Source: Thermoanaerobaculia bacterium (GTDB lineage: Bacteria > Acidobacteriota > Thermoanaerobaculia > UBA5066). Taken from it: 64,000 nt of DNA. The stretch is taken from NCBI GenBank assembly GCA_963719225.1, contig CAVRAY010000001.1:3104001-3168000 (forward strand), read 5' to 3'. Numbering within the stretch: the stretch's first letter is position 1; each line of letters opens with the position of its first letter. The notes beneath the pieces are model-generated. The model did not search any database. It was not told the origin of the DNA and saw only the letters and a program-made list of their open reading frames with translations. The position numbers were made by a program, and so were the translations under genes. Shown here piece by piece: positions 28,225-36,804 of the stretch.

Positions 28225-29501
28225 GCCTCGGCCTCGCGCGAGACCGGAAACATGATGGTGACCTCGAGCCCGTGGCCGGGTTCGGAGAGGAGGGAGATCT
28301 TTCCCCCGTTCTTTTCCAGCAGATCCTTCGTGACGCCGAGGCCGATCCCCCGTCCCGGCACGCCGGCCGCGGAGGTGCTCCGCCAGGCGAAGGTGAACGC
28401 GTGCTTCTGCTCGTCCGGCGTCATCCCGGCCCCCGTGTCGCTGATCACGACGAACGCGTGCTGCGCGACGACGCTCGCCCTCACGCGCACCTGTCCGCCG
28501 GCCGGCGTGTACTTGACCGCGTTGTCGAGCACGTTTCGGAACGCGCGCTGGAGAGCGACCGGGTCAGCGGCGACGGGGATCTCCGCCCCCTCGGCGACGA
28601 ACTCGAGCCGCACCCTTTCTCCATGGGCGAGCCGGTAGGACTCGACGAGCGTCGAGAGAACGCGCACGAGATCGGAGCGGGGTGCCTTCGGAGCGGCGGG
28701 AGCGGCGGCCGGCGGTGACGCGAGCGGGGCCGGGGCGGGCGCGCGCGGCGGCATCCCGGCGAGGGACTCCATGAGCGCCAGCTCGCGCGCGAGCCCCGCG
28801 AGATGCGCCTCCGAGGGCGGCTCCCCGCGGCGTGCCGCCTCCGCCACGAGGTCGCCGTACACGCGGAGGACGGTGATCGGCGACTTCAGGTCGTGAAGGA
28901 TCTCGCTCCTCGGATCGCGGCCCGGTGCCGGGAGGCTCGGAGGTGCGCCCGCGACGCCCGGAAGGACGGGCTCCCGCCCGGTCGCCGCGCCGGCGTGCCT
29001 CGCGGGAGTCGTGAAACGCAGGACGAGCTCGACGCCGAAGACCGCCGCGGCCGGCCAGAGAAAGCGCAGGACATTCGACCGCGCGGCGGCAGCCGTGGGC
29101 GCCGGGTCGAGGACGACGAGCAGGGCCAGCCCCGCGTACGCGCCCACGAGAAGGAAGCGTCCGCCTTCACGTGAGATCGCCGCTTCGGCCGCGACGTAAA
29201 CGACGAGGAGCGGAAAGAGGTCGCTCGCGGGGCCGCCCGTCTTCACGAACGCGACGAGCATGAGGGCGAGAGGCACCAGGAGGCGGAGCGGCGCGGCGAA
29301 GGGACCGAGAAGACTCGTTCCCGGCGAGGTCGAAAGGAGCACGCCCGACACGAGCGCCGCGGCCGCGAGGATCGCGAGAGCCGGAACTTCGGGAGGCGCG
29401 ACGGCTCCGGAGCCGAGGAGGACGAGAAGGGACAGGGACAGGAGGGCCGGCCCGACGAGGCCCGCCCCCGCGGCGGCGCTCAGGTGCGGACGCCCGTCCA
29501 G
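28221..29501 (-). CDS. Membrane sensor histidine kinase
   Basis: HDLKSP, NVLDNAVKY, DTGAG and GRGIGL motifs; the open hydrophobic frame extends to a CTG at 29501 behind an AAGAGG SD (the ORF track starts at GTG 29351). Confidence 0.85.
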   Translation of the reverse strand: MDGRPHLSAAAGAGLVGPALLSLSLLVLLGSGAVAPPEVPALAILAAAALVSGVLLSTSPGTSLLGPFAAPLRLLVPLALMLVAFVKTGGPASDLFPLLVVYVAAEAAISREGGRFLLVGAYAGLALLVVLDPAPTAAAARSNVLRFLWPAAAVFGVELVLRFTTPARHAGAATGREPVLPGVAGAPPSLPAPGRDPRSEILHDLKSPITVLRVYGDLVAEAARRGEPPSEAHLAGLARELALMESLAGMPPRAPAPAPLASPPAAAPAAPKAPRSDLVRVLSTLVESYRLAHGERVRLEFVAEGAEIPVAADPVALQRAFRNVLDNAVKYTPAGGQVRVRASVVAQHAFVVISDTGAGMTPDEQKHAFTFAWRSTSAAGVPGRGIGLGVTKDLLEKNGGKISLLSEPGHGLEVTIMFPVSREAEA

Positions 29502-29513
29502 ATCGACCTCTTT

Positions 29514-30614
29514 TCAGTGGACATAAGCACAGCCGACCCGAAGGCGGCCGTCCGAAAGGGGGATCGTGTTGACCTTCCGCATCGCCACCCGATGCGGTTC
29601 GCCGCTGTATCGCTGCAGGATCTCGCCCTCGAGCCGGTCGGAAGACCTCTCGCGGGAGGTGACGAACGCGAGTCCCCCGTAAGAGATGTCGGTGACTTCC
29701 GCGAGGCCTCCGTTGCGCGCGCCCCGGCCGCCCATCTTCAGCGTCAGGCCCGGCACGGAAAAGCGCGGAAAGCGCCGCGTCCTCTCGAATGGCTTCGCGG
29801 TCTGGCGCTTCGAGGCGTAGAGACGGATGTCGCTGACCTTGAGGAGGAAGTCGAGAAGCCGGCCGTCCGTCGGGAACGTCGCGACCCCGTAGTTGAGACC
29901 CACCTTGAGGCCGACGCGAAGGGGAAGCCGGATGCCCGCCACCTTGTGCCGGATGCGTTCCGCCACGGCGAGGCTGTTCACGACGTCGCTGTTCGGAAGC
30001 ACGGTGACGAACTCGTCGCCGCCGTAGCGGCAGCCCGCGTCCACGACGCGCAGGGATTCCCGGATGACCTTCGCGGTGCGCACGAGGACCCCGTCGCCCA
30101 CGGGGTGGCCGAGACGATCGTTGATGGACTTGAAGCCGGCGAGATCCATCATGAGGACGGAGACGACGCCGCCCGCGCGCTCGGCTCGGGAGACCTCGCG
30201 GTCGAGGTGGTCGTGGAGGAAGCGGCGGTTGTAGAGGCCCGTGAGCGGATCCGTGATCGCATTCACGCGCAGGGCCGAGATCTCGTTGTCCGACAGGAGA
30301 CGCGGCTCCTTCAGCTTCCCGAGGCGGCTGTGGAACTCGTGGAGGAGAGCCGTCTGGAGGGAAACGGGCGGCCCGAGCGTCGTCTCCATCTTCTCGAAAG
30401 CGCTTTCCACGCGTGCCCACATCGGCGGCACGTCGTTCACCGGGATCGTCACGCCGATCCACTCGACGAGGAGAAGTCGAAGAAGCTCGGCGCGCGTGAT
30501 GCCCACGCTCGCGGCGCCCAGATCGCGCTCGAAGCGCTCGCGCGAAAAGCCCCGGGCGCGTCCGAGGCGTGCCAGCCGGAAGACCCGGGCGGAGAGATCT
30601 TCTTCGGGCAGCAT
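29514..30614 (-). CDS. Diguanylate cyclase (GGDEF) with a C-terminal PilZ domain
   Basis: DPLTGLYNRR; RVVD I-site; RYGGDEF; then RRFPR...DISYGG, the PilZ RxxxR and DxSxxG motifs. Confidence 0.9.
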   Translation of the reverse strand: MLPEEDLSARVFRLARLGRARGFSRERFERDLGAASVGITRAELLRLLLVEWIGVTIPVNDVPPMWARVESAFEKMETTLGPPVSLQTALLHEFHSRLGKLKEPRLLSDNEISALRVNAITDPLTGLYNRRFLHDHLDREVSRAERAGGVVSVLMMDLAGFKSINDRLGHPVGDGVLVRTAKVIRESLRVVDAGCRYGGDEFVTVLPNSDVVNSLAVAERIRHKVAGIRLPLRVGLKVGLNYGVATFPTDGRLLDFLLKVSDIRLYASKRQTAKPFERTRRFPRFSVPGLTLKMGGRGARNGGLAEVTDISYGGLAFVTSRERSSDRLEGEILQRYSGEPHRVAMRKVNTIPLSDGRLRVGCAYVH

Positions 30615-30618
30615 TCGT

Positions 30619-31107
30619 TCAGGCGCGACGGCGGGCGGCGAGGGCGCCGACGAGGCCACCCGACTCTTCGCGCGCGAGAGACTCCGCGGCGCGCGCGACG
30701 TCCTCGACGGTCTCGCCCACCGGGAAGACGAGCATGAGCTGGCCGCCGTGGAGGAGATCCACGAGCTCGCTGTCCGTCCGCGCCCACAGGACCCGTCCCT
30801 GCGCGACGAGAAGACGCGCTCCGGCGACGTCGGGCCTCGACGGGTCGAGCCGCCGGAGCGTCTCGACGACGCGACGCACCTCCTTGAGGCCGAACCCGGC
30901 GGCGCGCAGCCGGCCCGCGACGCGGAGCCGCACGACGTCGCTGAACGAATAGCGCCGCTTCGTGCCGTAGCCTCCGGCGCTCGCGAGAGACGGCGAGAAG
31001 AATCCGAGCCGGTCCCAGTGGTCGAGCTGCCGCGCGGAAAGTCCGGTCAGCCGCGCCACCTGCGCGGTCGAGAACGAAGCCTGGAGAATCCGGCGGTTGA
31101 ATTTCAC
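30619..31107 (-). CDS. MerR-family regulator resembling the Rv1830/McdR type
   Basis: RQLDHW..G...PS....G.G..R.YSF.D HTH region and a C-terminal ELVDLLHGGQ motif. Confidence 0.85.
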   Translation of the reverse strand: MKFNRRILQASFSTAQVARLTGLSARQLDHWDRLGFFSPSLASAGGYGTKRRYSFSDVVRLRVAGRLRAAGFGLKEVRRVVETLRRLDPSRPDVAGARLLVAQGRVLWARTDSELVDLLHGGQLMLVFPVGETVEDVARAAESLAREESGGLVGALAARRRA

Positions 31108-31233
31108 GGTTGTATTCTCTAATTATAGCCACGTCCCGGCCAAAAAGGGTCGTCGGGACCGGATTCCGCTCGCGGGCTGCTAAAGTTGTCCTGCGCCTCG
31201 CCTTTCGCGGCGTTCATTCGAGGTTTCGCGAGC
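31108..31233. promoter_or_regulatory. Divergent promoter region between merR and the FHA gene
   Basis: Minus-strand TATAAT (31122-31127); plus-strand extended -10 TGcTAAAGT (31178-31186); inverted repeat GTCCCG...CGGGAC (31133-31159) between them. Confidence 0.55.
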
Positions 31234-32169
31234 ATGCGTGAAGAGCTGAGCCGGATCGATCTGTCCCCCATCTCCGACCTCGTGCGGATCAAGAAAGAGG
31301 AGCAGCTCCTCGACGAGCGCCTCAAGAGCATGGAAGTCCGCGCGGAAAAGGTGTCTTCGCCCGTCTACGAGCGCGTCCGAAAGGACTACGAGACGCGGCG
31401 GGTGGCGCTCGAGCAGGAGTCGCAGCCTCTCAAGGAGAACGCGCGCCGCGAGTACCGGCGGCTTCAGGCTCTCCGGAGCGAGGTCGAGAAGGCCGTCGAG
31501 GCGGCGTCGTTCGACAAGGAGGAGGTCGAGTTCCGCCGCGAGCTCGGCGAGTTCCCGGACTCCGCTTTCAAGGAACGGCTCGCAGCCTGCGAGAAGCACC
31601 TTGCCGAGGAGCGCCAGGACCTCGAGGCCGTCCTGCAGATGAGGGCGACATTCCTCGACGCCTTCCGGGATGAGGAAGACCTCGAGACGCCGGTTTCCGG
31701 CCCCGAAATACCGGCTTCTGCGCCTTCGGCGCCTCCGCCCCCGCCCCCTCCGCCTTCCGTGCGACCTGCTCCGCCCGTCGCGCCGTCCCCACCGCCGGCC
31801 GAGAACGTCATTCAGCCGCCGCCCCCGTTCGGAAAGCCGCCCGCGCCGGCGCCCGAGCCTCCGGAGTCCACGGTCGTTCTCACGCGCGCGCGGCTCGCTC
31901 TCCTGGACGGAGATAGAATCGCGAAGGAGTTCCCGCTGAGGCCCGGGGTCTCCATCCTCGGGCGCCTCGCCCTGAGCGACATCCACCTGCCGACTCCGGA
32001 CGTTTCGCGCAAGCACGCACAGGTGATCGTCGGGCCCTCCGGCGTCTTCGTCGTCGACCTCGAATCGGAGAACGGCGTCGTCGTGAACGGGCGGCGCGTG
32101 GACAAGGTGCAGCTCGCGGACGGCGACGTGCTCACGCTCGGCAAGCAGCGGCTCGTCTTCCACGCCTGA
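31234..32169 (+). CDS. Coiled-coil / Pro-rich linker / FHA domain protein
   Basis: C-terminal LGR...VSRKHA...DLESENG..VNG with the pThr-binding residues intact. Confidence 0.88.
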   Translation: MREELSRIDLSPISDLVRIKKEEQLLDERLKSMEVRAEKVSSPVYERVRKDYETRRVALEQESQPLKENARREYRRLQALRSEVEKAVEAASFDKEEVEFRRELGEFPDSAFKERLAACEKHLAEERQDLEAVLQMRATFLDAFRDEEDLETPVSGPEIPASAPSAPPPPPPPPSVRPAPPVAPSPPPAENVIQPPPPFGKPPAPAPEPPESTVVLTRARLALLDGDRIAKEFPLRPGVSILGRLALSDIHLPTPDVSRKHAQVIVGPSGVFVVDLESENGVVVNGRRVDKVQLADGDVLTLGKQRLVFHA

Positions 32170-32234
32170 CGCGGCCACGGGCTGCGCCGGCCCCGCTTCT
32201 TGACGGAGTTACCGGGTAATCCGATCATCGATCG

Positions 32235-34361
32235 GTGCAAGAGTCCGAAGGAATCGAGACCGCGCGACTTCTGCCGCCGGCGGGGACGAATGCTCCCTTC
32301 GGCCTGCACGTCGTTCTGGACGTCCCGGGCACCGACCCGGGCCGGTCTCCTTTCGTGCGGCTTTCCGAGGCCGACGACCTGGCGCGCGTCTATCTGGCTG
32401 CCGTGAAGGGGGACGACGGCACTCTGATCGAACTTTGTGCGCTGAAGCTGGTACCGGACGCATGGCCGGAAGGCGTCGCGCCGGGAGCGCTCGATCTGAC
32501 GAACCGCGATCTCGAGGAGCGCTGGGAAAGAGAGAGATCGCGTCTCGTCGGTCTCAACGCGCAGTCGCCCCACTTCCCTCGCCTCGTCCGGCTCGACGAT
32601 CCCGCAGGAGAGACGGGCGACCGCCTCCCCCCGCTCCTCTTTTCGCGCGTCGAGCGCTCGTTCTTCGTTCCGCCCTGCCCCGCCTGCAAGAGCCCGCTCT
32701 CGCTCTGCCGCGACGAGGCATGGCTCGCGCACACGGGCCTCCCTTCCTACGCTTCGTCGCGGGAGCGCTTCGTCTGGTGCGAAAGCTGCGCCCAGGGACA
32801 CGGAGCGCCGACCGTCTACTCGACGTCGAAGATCACCACACCGGGCGCGATCGTCCGCTCGGCCGGCGACCTTCTTGACGACCTCCAGCGCGCTCTCCGC
32901 GAAGTCCTGACGGAGGAGGAGGCCGCGGCTCTGGTGGGCCCCCAGACCGCGAAAGCCGCACGGGCCGACCGGGCCAACGTGCGGGATCTCTTCACGCCGC
33001 TGACGTTTTACGGATCGCCCTTCCTCGTGACCGTGGCGGCTCCTCTCGACCTCGAGTCCCTCGCCGATGCGCTGGGCGGCAGGCCCTGGGAGGAATTCGA
33101 AGTGCGCCTCGCCCGTGCGGGCGGCGCCCTTCCGGCACGTTGGGCCTGGCTCGTCAAGGCCCCGCCACCGAATCGGCGGCTCCTTTTCGCTCAGGAGAGC
33201 AGCGGCCTCGATGCCGTCGAGATCTTCTTTCTGAAGCTCACCGCGTTCCGCCAGATCCTCGACGGTCTCGTCGACTATTACCGGGCCGCGGGACGGCCTC
33301 ACCTGGACCTCCATCCCCGTCATCTGCTCTTCGAGCTTTCGGGAGCCGGCGACGGCCTTCCGCTCCTCTGGACGTTCCAGGTCCGGATCCACGGGCTGGC
33401 CGCGGCCGCGCTGGCGCTCAAGGCCCCGGGCAATCCCTCGGTCGTCCTCCCCGGACACGGCATCGGCGTCCCCTACGCGTCCTCCGAGATCCAGGAGTTC
33501 CGCCTGGCCGGCTACCGGCCGTGCGAGCTCGTCTTCACCGACCTCGAGGAGGACAGCGCGGGATCGCGCCGCTTCCACGTACGCGGCCGCGTCTCCGATG
33601 CGTACGGGCTGTATCCCGCGCCGCAGCCGCGCGACACGATCTTCCTGTCGGTCCCCGATCCGGCTCTCGACTTCGGATTCACCGGCCTCTCCGTCCGGGC
33701 GGTGCCCGGAGAGATCCGCTCGGGCGAAGCCGTGTTCACGAGCGAGCTCGTCGCGCTCGAGGAAAACGGACTGCGCCGGCTCCGGATGGCTCTCGGCACG
33801 AAGATCCCCGGCGCGCGCTACCGCGTCTTTCCGGATTTCGGCACGCCGAGCGACCTGCACGCGCTCGGCGTCTCCCTGCTCCGCCTCCTGCTCCGGAACG
33901 ACGGACAGGACGTCGCGACCGTGGTCCGGACCGCCGAGCGGCTCTCCCGCGAAATCTCGGGACTCGCGCCCGGAGAGTCCCGCCGCGGCGTCACTCTCTC
34001 CGCGCTGCTCAAACGCGTTCCCGATGCGGCGGGAGTCTTCTCGAAGACACAGATCTTCTGGAGCCAGGACGACCGCCGCGCCGGGCGTCCGAATGCCGTT
34101 CCGGAGACGCTCTGGGAGCGTGCCCTCCTCCTCGCTCTCCGCCTCGTCACGCGCGCCGCGGGCTTCTCGGTCGCGGCGACTCCCGCCGACTTCGATCCGC
34201 TCTTCCGGGAGGAGAAGCTCGAACGGATCATCCCCGAGGTCGTGTCGCTCCTCGCCGAGCTTCAGACGCTCCTCTTCGAGCGGCAGTCCGTGCACCTCGA
34301 GATCCAGCAGGTTCTGGCGGAGATCCAGGAGAGCGAGCGCTCCTCCGAGGCGCGCCGATGA
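32235..34361 (+). CDS. Kinase-fold protein (probable pseudokinase) with a Cys/Zn-ribbon insertion
   Basis: Hanks-like motifs in the expected order: RVYLA, CALK, WERE, PHFPRL, HLDLHPRHLL, YASSE, SDLHALG; CPAC...CESC insert; no TM segment. Confidence 0.65.
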   Translation: MQESEGIETARLLPPAGTNAPFGLHVVLDVPGTDPGRSPFVRLSEADDLARVYLAAVKGDDGTLIELCALKLVPDAWPEGVAPGALDLTNRDLEERWERERSRLVGLNAQSPHFPRLVRLDDPAGETGDRLPPLLFSRVERSFFVPPCPACKSPLSLCRDEAWLAHTGLPSYASSRERFVWCESCAQGHGAPTVYSTSKITTPGAIVRSAGDLLDDLQRALREVLTEEEAAALVGPQTAKAARADRANVRDLFTPLTFYGSPFLVTVAAPLDLESLADALGGRPWEEFEVRLARAGGALPARWAWLVKAPPPNRRLLFAQESSGLDAVEIFFLKLTAFRQILDGLVDYYRAAGRPHLDLHPRHLLFELSGAGDGLPLLWTFQVRIHGLAAAALALKAPGNPSVVLPGHGIGVPYASSEIQEFRLAGYRPCELVFTDLEEDSAGSRRFHVRGRVSDAYGLYPAPQPRDTIFLSVPDPALDFGFTGLSVRAVPGEIRSGEAVFTSELVALEENGLRRLRMALGTKIPGARYRVFPDFGTPSDLHALGVSLLRLLLRNDGQDVATVVRTAERLSREISGLAPGESRRGVTLSALLKRVPDAAGVFSKTQIFWSQDDRRAGRPNAVPETLWERALLLALRLVTRAAGFSVAATPADFDPLFREEKLERIIPEVVSLLAELQTLLFERQSVHLEIQQVLAEIQESERSSEARR

Positions 34362-36328
34362 GCGCGCCTGCTTTCGTCGCCGTCGAGGTGTGGCTCGGAC
34401 CGATGGAAGGCCTTCGCTACGTCGCCCCGGCCGGGAACGCGACGGCCACGATCCACATCGGCCGTGTCTCCGTGGACAAGAAGACGAACACGAAGAACGA
34501 GTTCGTGCTCTCCTACGGCCACGGCGTGTCGTCGACGCACGCCGAGCTCCGCTTCGAGCGCGGCCGCCTCTTTCTGAAAGACGCCGGGTCGACGAACGGG
34601 ACATCGATCCAGTCCGGTCACGTCACCGGCGAGGTCGAGATCCGTTCCGGCGACGTCTTCCTCGTCTCCTCGACTCCGGTCAAGGTCCGATTCGTCGACG
34701 CGCCCCTTCCCGAGATGCCGTTCCCGCGCGTCCTCAGGGGGGAGGCGTGGCCGGACCCTGCGGTTCAGAGCATCATGCAGGGTGCCCGCGAGGCGGCCGT
34801 CCAGCGCGGCGAGCTGTTCACCGACACGCGCCACCTCTGCGACGCGATACTCCGCTCGCGCAGCCCGAGCATTCAGCGGATCCTCAGGGACGCGACCTGG
34901 TCGCGCGAGCAGGCGCTGACGGAGCTCTGGGAAGGCCGCCTCTTCGCGGGGACCTACACGTGGCTGAACGATCTTTTCCTGCAGCCCATCGGCCTCAAGA
35001 CCGGCTCCGACGAGCTGATCCTCTCGCCCAAGGTCGGGTTCCTGCTCGAGGAGGCCCAACGCAGCCAGGTCGAATCGTCGGCGGTGGAGCTGGAGACGAC
35101 GCTCCGCCACGAGCTCCTGACGTTGCTCAGGCGGGACACGGAGAGCGCCGTGGGCTCGTGGCTCGCCCGACGGCTTCCGGACCTCACCCCGAAGGAGAAG
35201 CCGAAGCCGTCGACGCCTGCCGCCTCCGGTCGTCCGTCGACACCCGCCGCGACGCCTTCGTCGCCTTCCGGCCAGATCCGGCGCCCGCCGATCACGAAGA
35301 CGAAGCCCGTGAAAGCAGCGGAGGTCTTCGTCGAACGCGTCGCGAACCTCCTCGACGAGAAGACCCCGAAAGCCAGCTCTCTTCCTCCGGTCGAAGAGGC
35401 GGCGCTCGAGCACGTGCACGCTCCCGCCGGACCGGGCGCAGCGCTCGCCGGCGCTCCGCTCACCGCGGAGGAGATCGCTCTCGACCGGAAGGCGCGTGAG
35501 CTCGGCGACGCGCTCCTGCGCGAGTCCGCCGCCTATCGCTTCTCGACGCCGGCCGACCGGCGCGAGGCTCTCCGGTCACTCGTCGTCAAGGAGCTTCACA
35601 CTCTCCAGCCCGGGCGCCGGCCGCGCGTGCTGGAGCAGCTCCGGCTCCAGTTTCCCGTCGTCGCCCCGGGCGACGTGCCGAACCTCGAGGAGCTTCGGCT
35701 CCGACGCCGGGTGGCCGAGCTGGAGAAGCGTCTCGCCGAGGCCGCCTCCCGGCCGGCCGCGGCCGCCTCCAAGACGGCCGTCGCCTCCGCTCTGCCGTGG
35801 CGGACCCTGCTGACGAAGGACGACGACAAGGCTTCGACCCTCGAGCCCAGGCTCGCCGTCGTGCGCGACGTCCTCCGGTTCGCCCAGGACGTCGAGACGT
35901 TCGTCCTCGGGCTCGTCGAAGCGATGACGATGCCGGGGGCCGAGACCGCGAGCTTCCGCCTTCCGAACTTCCGCGACCGGCTGAGCGGTTTCCTCGCGAC
36001 GGCCGCCGAAGGGAAGGACGTGAACCCGGACGACGTCCGGGACTACCTCGCCGAGCTGCGCCGCTGGCAGATCGCCATTTCGGCGGGGCATCACGAGGCT
36101 CCGAAGTTGTGGTTCACCAAGCTCTGGAAGAGAATCAGCCCGTCCGTCATCGAGGCGGGGAAACCGGGAGGAGCGGGGTGGAAGCTCCGCGGGGAGACGG
36201 CCGAATGGTGGAACCAGTATCGCGACCTCGTGAAGGACCTCAACCCCGATCTCGTTCAGGACCAGGTTCTCCAGGCCGCGGCGCACTTCTCGCAGGCGGA
36301 ATACGACAAGCTCAACAAGAGGAAGTAG
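34358..36328 (+). CDS. tagH: T6SS Fha/TagH-like protein: FHA, Clp-N-like repeat and TagH-like C-terminal helical domain
   Basis: IGR...VSSTHA...DAGSTNGT; C-terminal QIAISAG...ISPSVIE...WWNQY; directly upstream of tssJ. Confidence 0.7.
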   Translation: MSAPAFVAVEVWLGPMEGLRYVAPAGNATATIHIGRVSVDKKTNTKNEFVLSYGHGVSSTHAELRFERGRLFLKDAGSTNGTSIQSGHVTGEVEIRSGDVFLVSSTPVKVRFVDAPLPEMPFPRVLRGEAWPDPAVQSIMQGAREAAVQRGELFTDTRHLCDAILRSRSPSIQRILRDATWSREQALTELWEGRLFAGTYTWLNDLFLQPIGLKTGSDELILSPKVGFLLEEAQRSQVESSAVELETTLRHELLTLLRRDTESAVGSWLARRLPDLTPKEKPKPSTPAASGRPSTPAATPSSPSGQIRRPPITKTKPVKAAEVFVERVANLLDEKTPKASSLPPVEEAALEHVHAPAGPGAALAGAPLTAEEIALDRKARELGDALLRESAAYRFSTPADRREALRSLVVKELHTLQPGRRPRVLEQLRLQFPVVAPGDVPNLEELRLRRRVAELEKRLAEAASRPAAAASKTAVASALPWRTLLTKDDDKASTLEPRLAVVRDVLRFAQDVETFVLGLVEAMTMPGAETASFRLPNFRDRLSGFLATAAEGKDVNPDDVRDYLAELRRWQIAISAGHHEAPKLWFTKLWKRISPSVIEAGKPGGAGWKLRGETAEWWNQYRDLVKDLNPDLVQDQVLQAAAHFSQAEYDKLNKRK

Positions 36329-36333
36329 ACGCG

Positions 36334-36804
36334 ATGCCGATCTCCGAAGCGAAGCCCGACCGGTTCCTCCAACTCACCGCTCTCACCCTCGTGCTCGCAG
36401 GCGCCGCGTTTGCCGGAGCCTGCGGCTCCGCCTCGGCGACCGTGGCGTTCAAGTGCGCGCCCGAGATCAACGGCGGGACTCTCCTCACGGTCGACGTCGT
36501 TCGGGCCACCGAACCCGAGGTCGAGAGGATCCGCGCCCTCGGCGAAAAGTGGTTCTACGACCCGCTCCGCGAGTCCCTGCGGGACAGGACGCGGACGGCC
36601 ACCTTCTCGCAGAGCGAAGGCCGGTGCGAAAAGGAGGTGACCGTCCCGGCGACCAAGGATGACAAGTTCCTGGTGATCGTCGCGGACTACCGTTTCCAGA
36701 GCGCCGACCCGGGGCGCTACCTCGTCGTGCTGCGAAGGGACCAATGGAAGGGCCGGACGATCCGGGTCCAGGTCCGCGACCGGGAATTCTCGATCGTCCA
36801 GTGA
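36334..36804 (+). CDS. tssJ: T6SS outer-membrane lipoprotein, TssJ-like
   Basis: Lipobox-like AGAC; IN.G..L.VDVV and IVADY motifs; precedes tssK. Confidence 0.7.
   Translation: MPISEAKPDRFLQLTALTLVLAGAAFAGACGSASATVAFKCAPEINGGTLLTVDVVRATEPEVERIRALGEKWFYDPLRESLRDRTRTATFSQSEGRCEKEVTVPATKDDKFLVIVADYRFQSADPGRYLVVLRRDQWKGRTIRVQVRDREFSIVQ

Noticed and set aside
30619-31107. MerR as a B12-dependent CarH/LitR regulating the prenyl synthase
   Set aside because: Too short, lacks the cobalamin-binding motif, and no crt genes are nearby.
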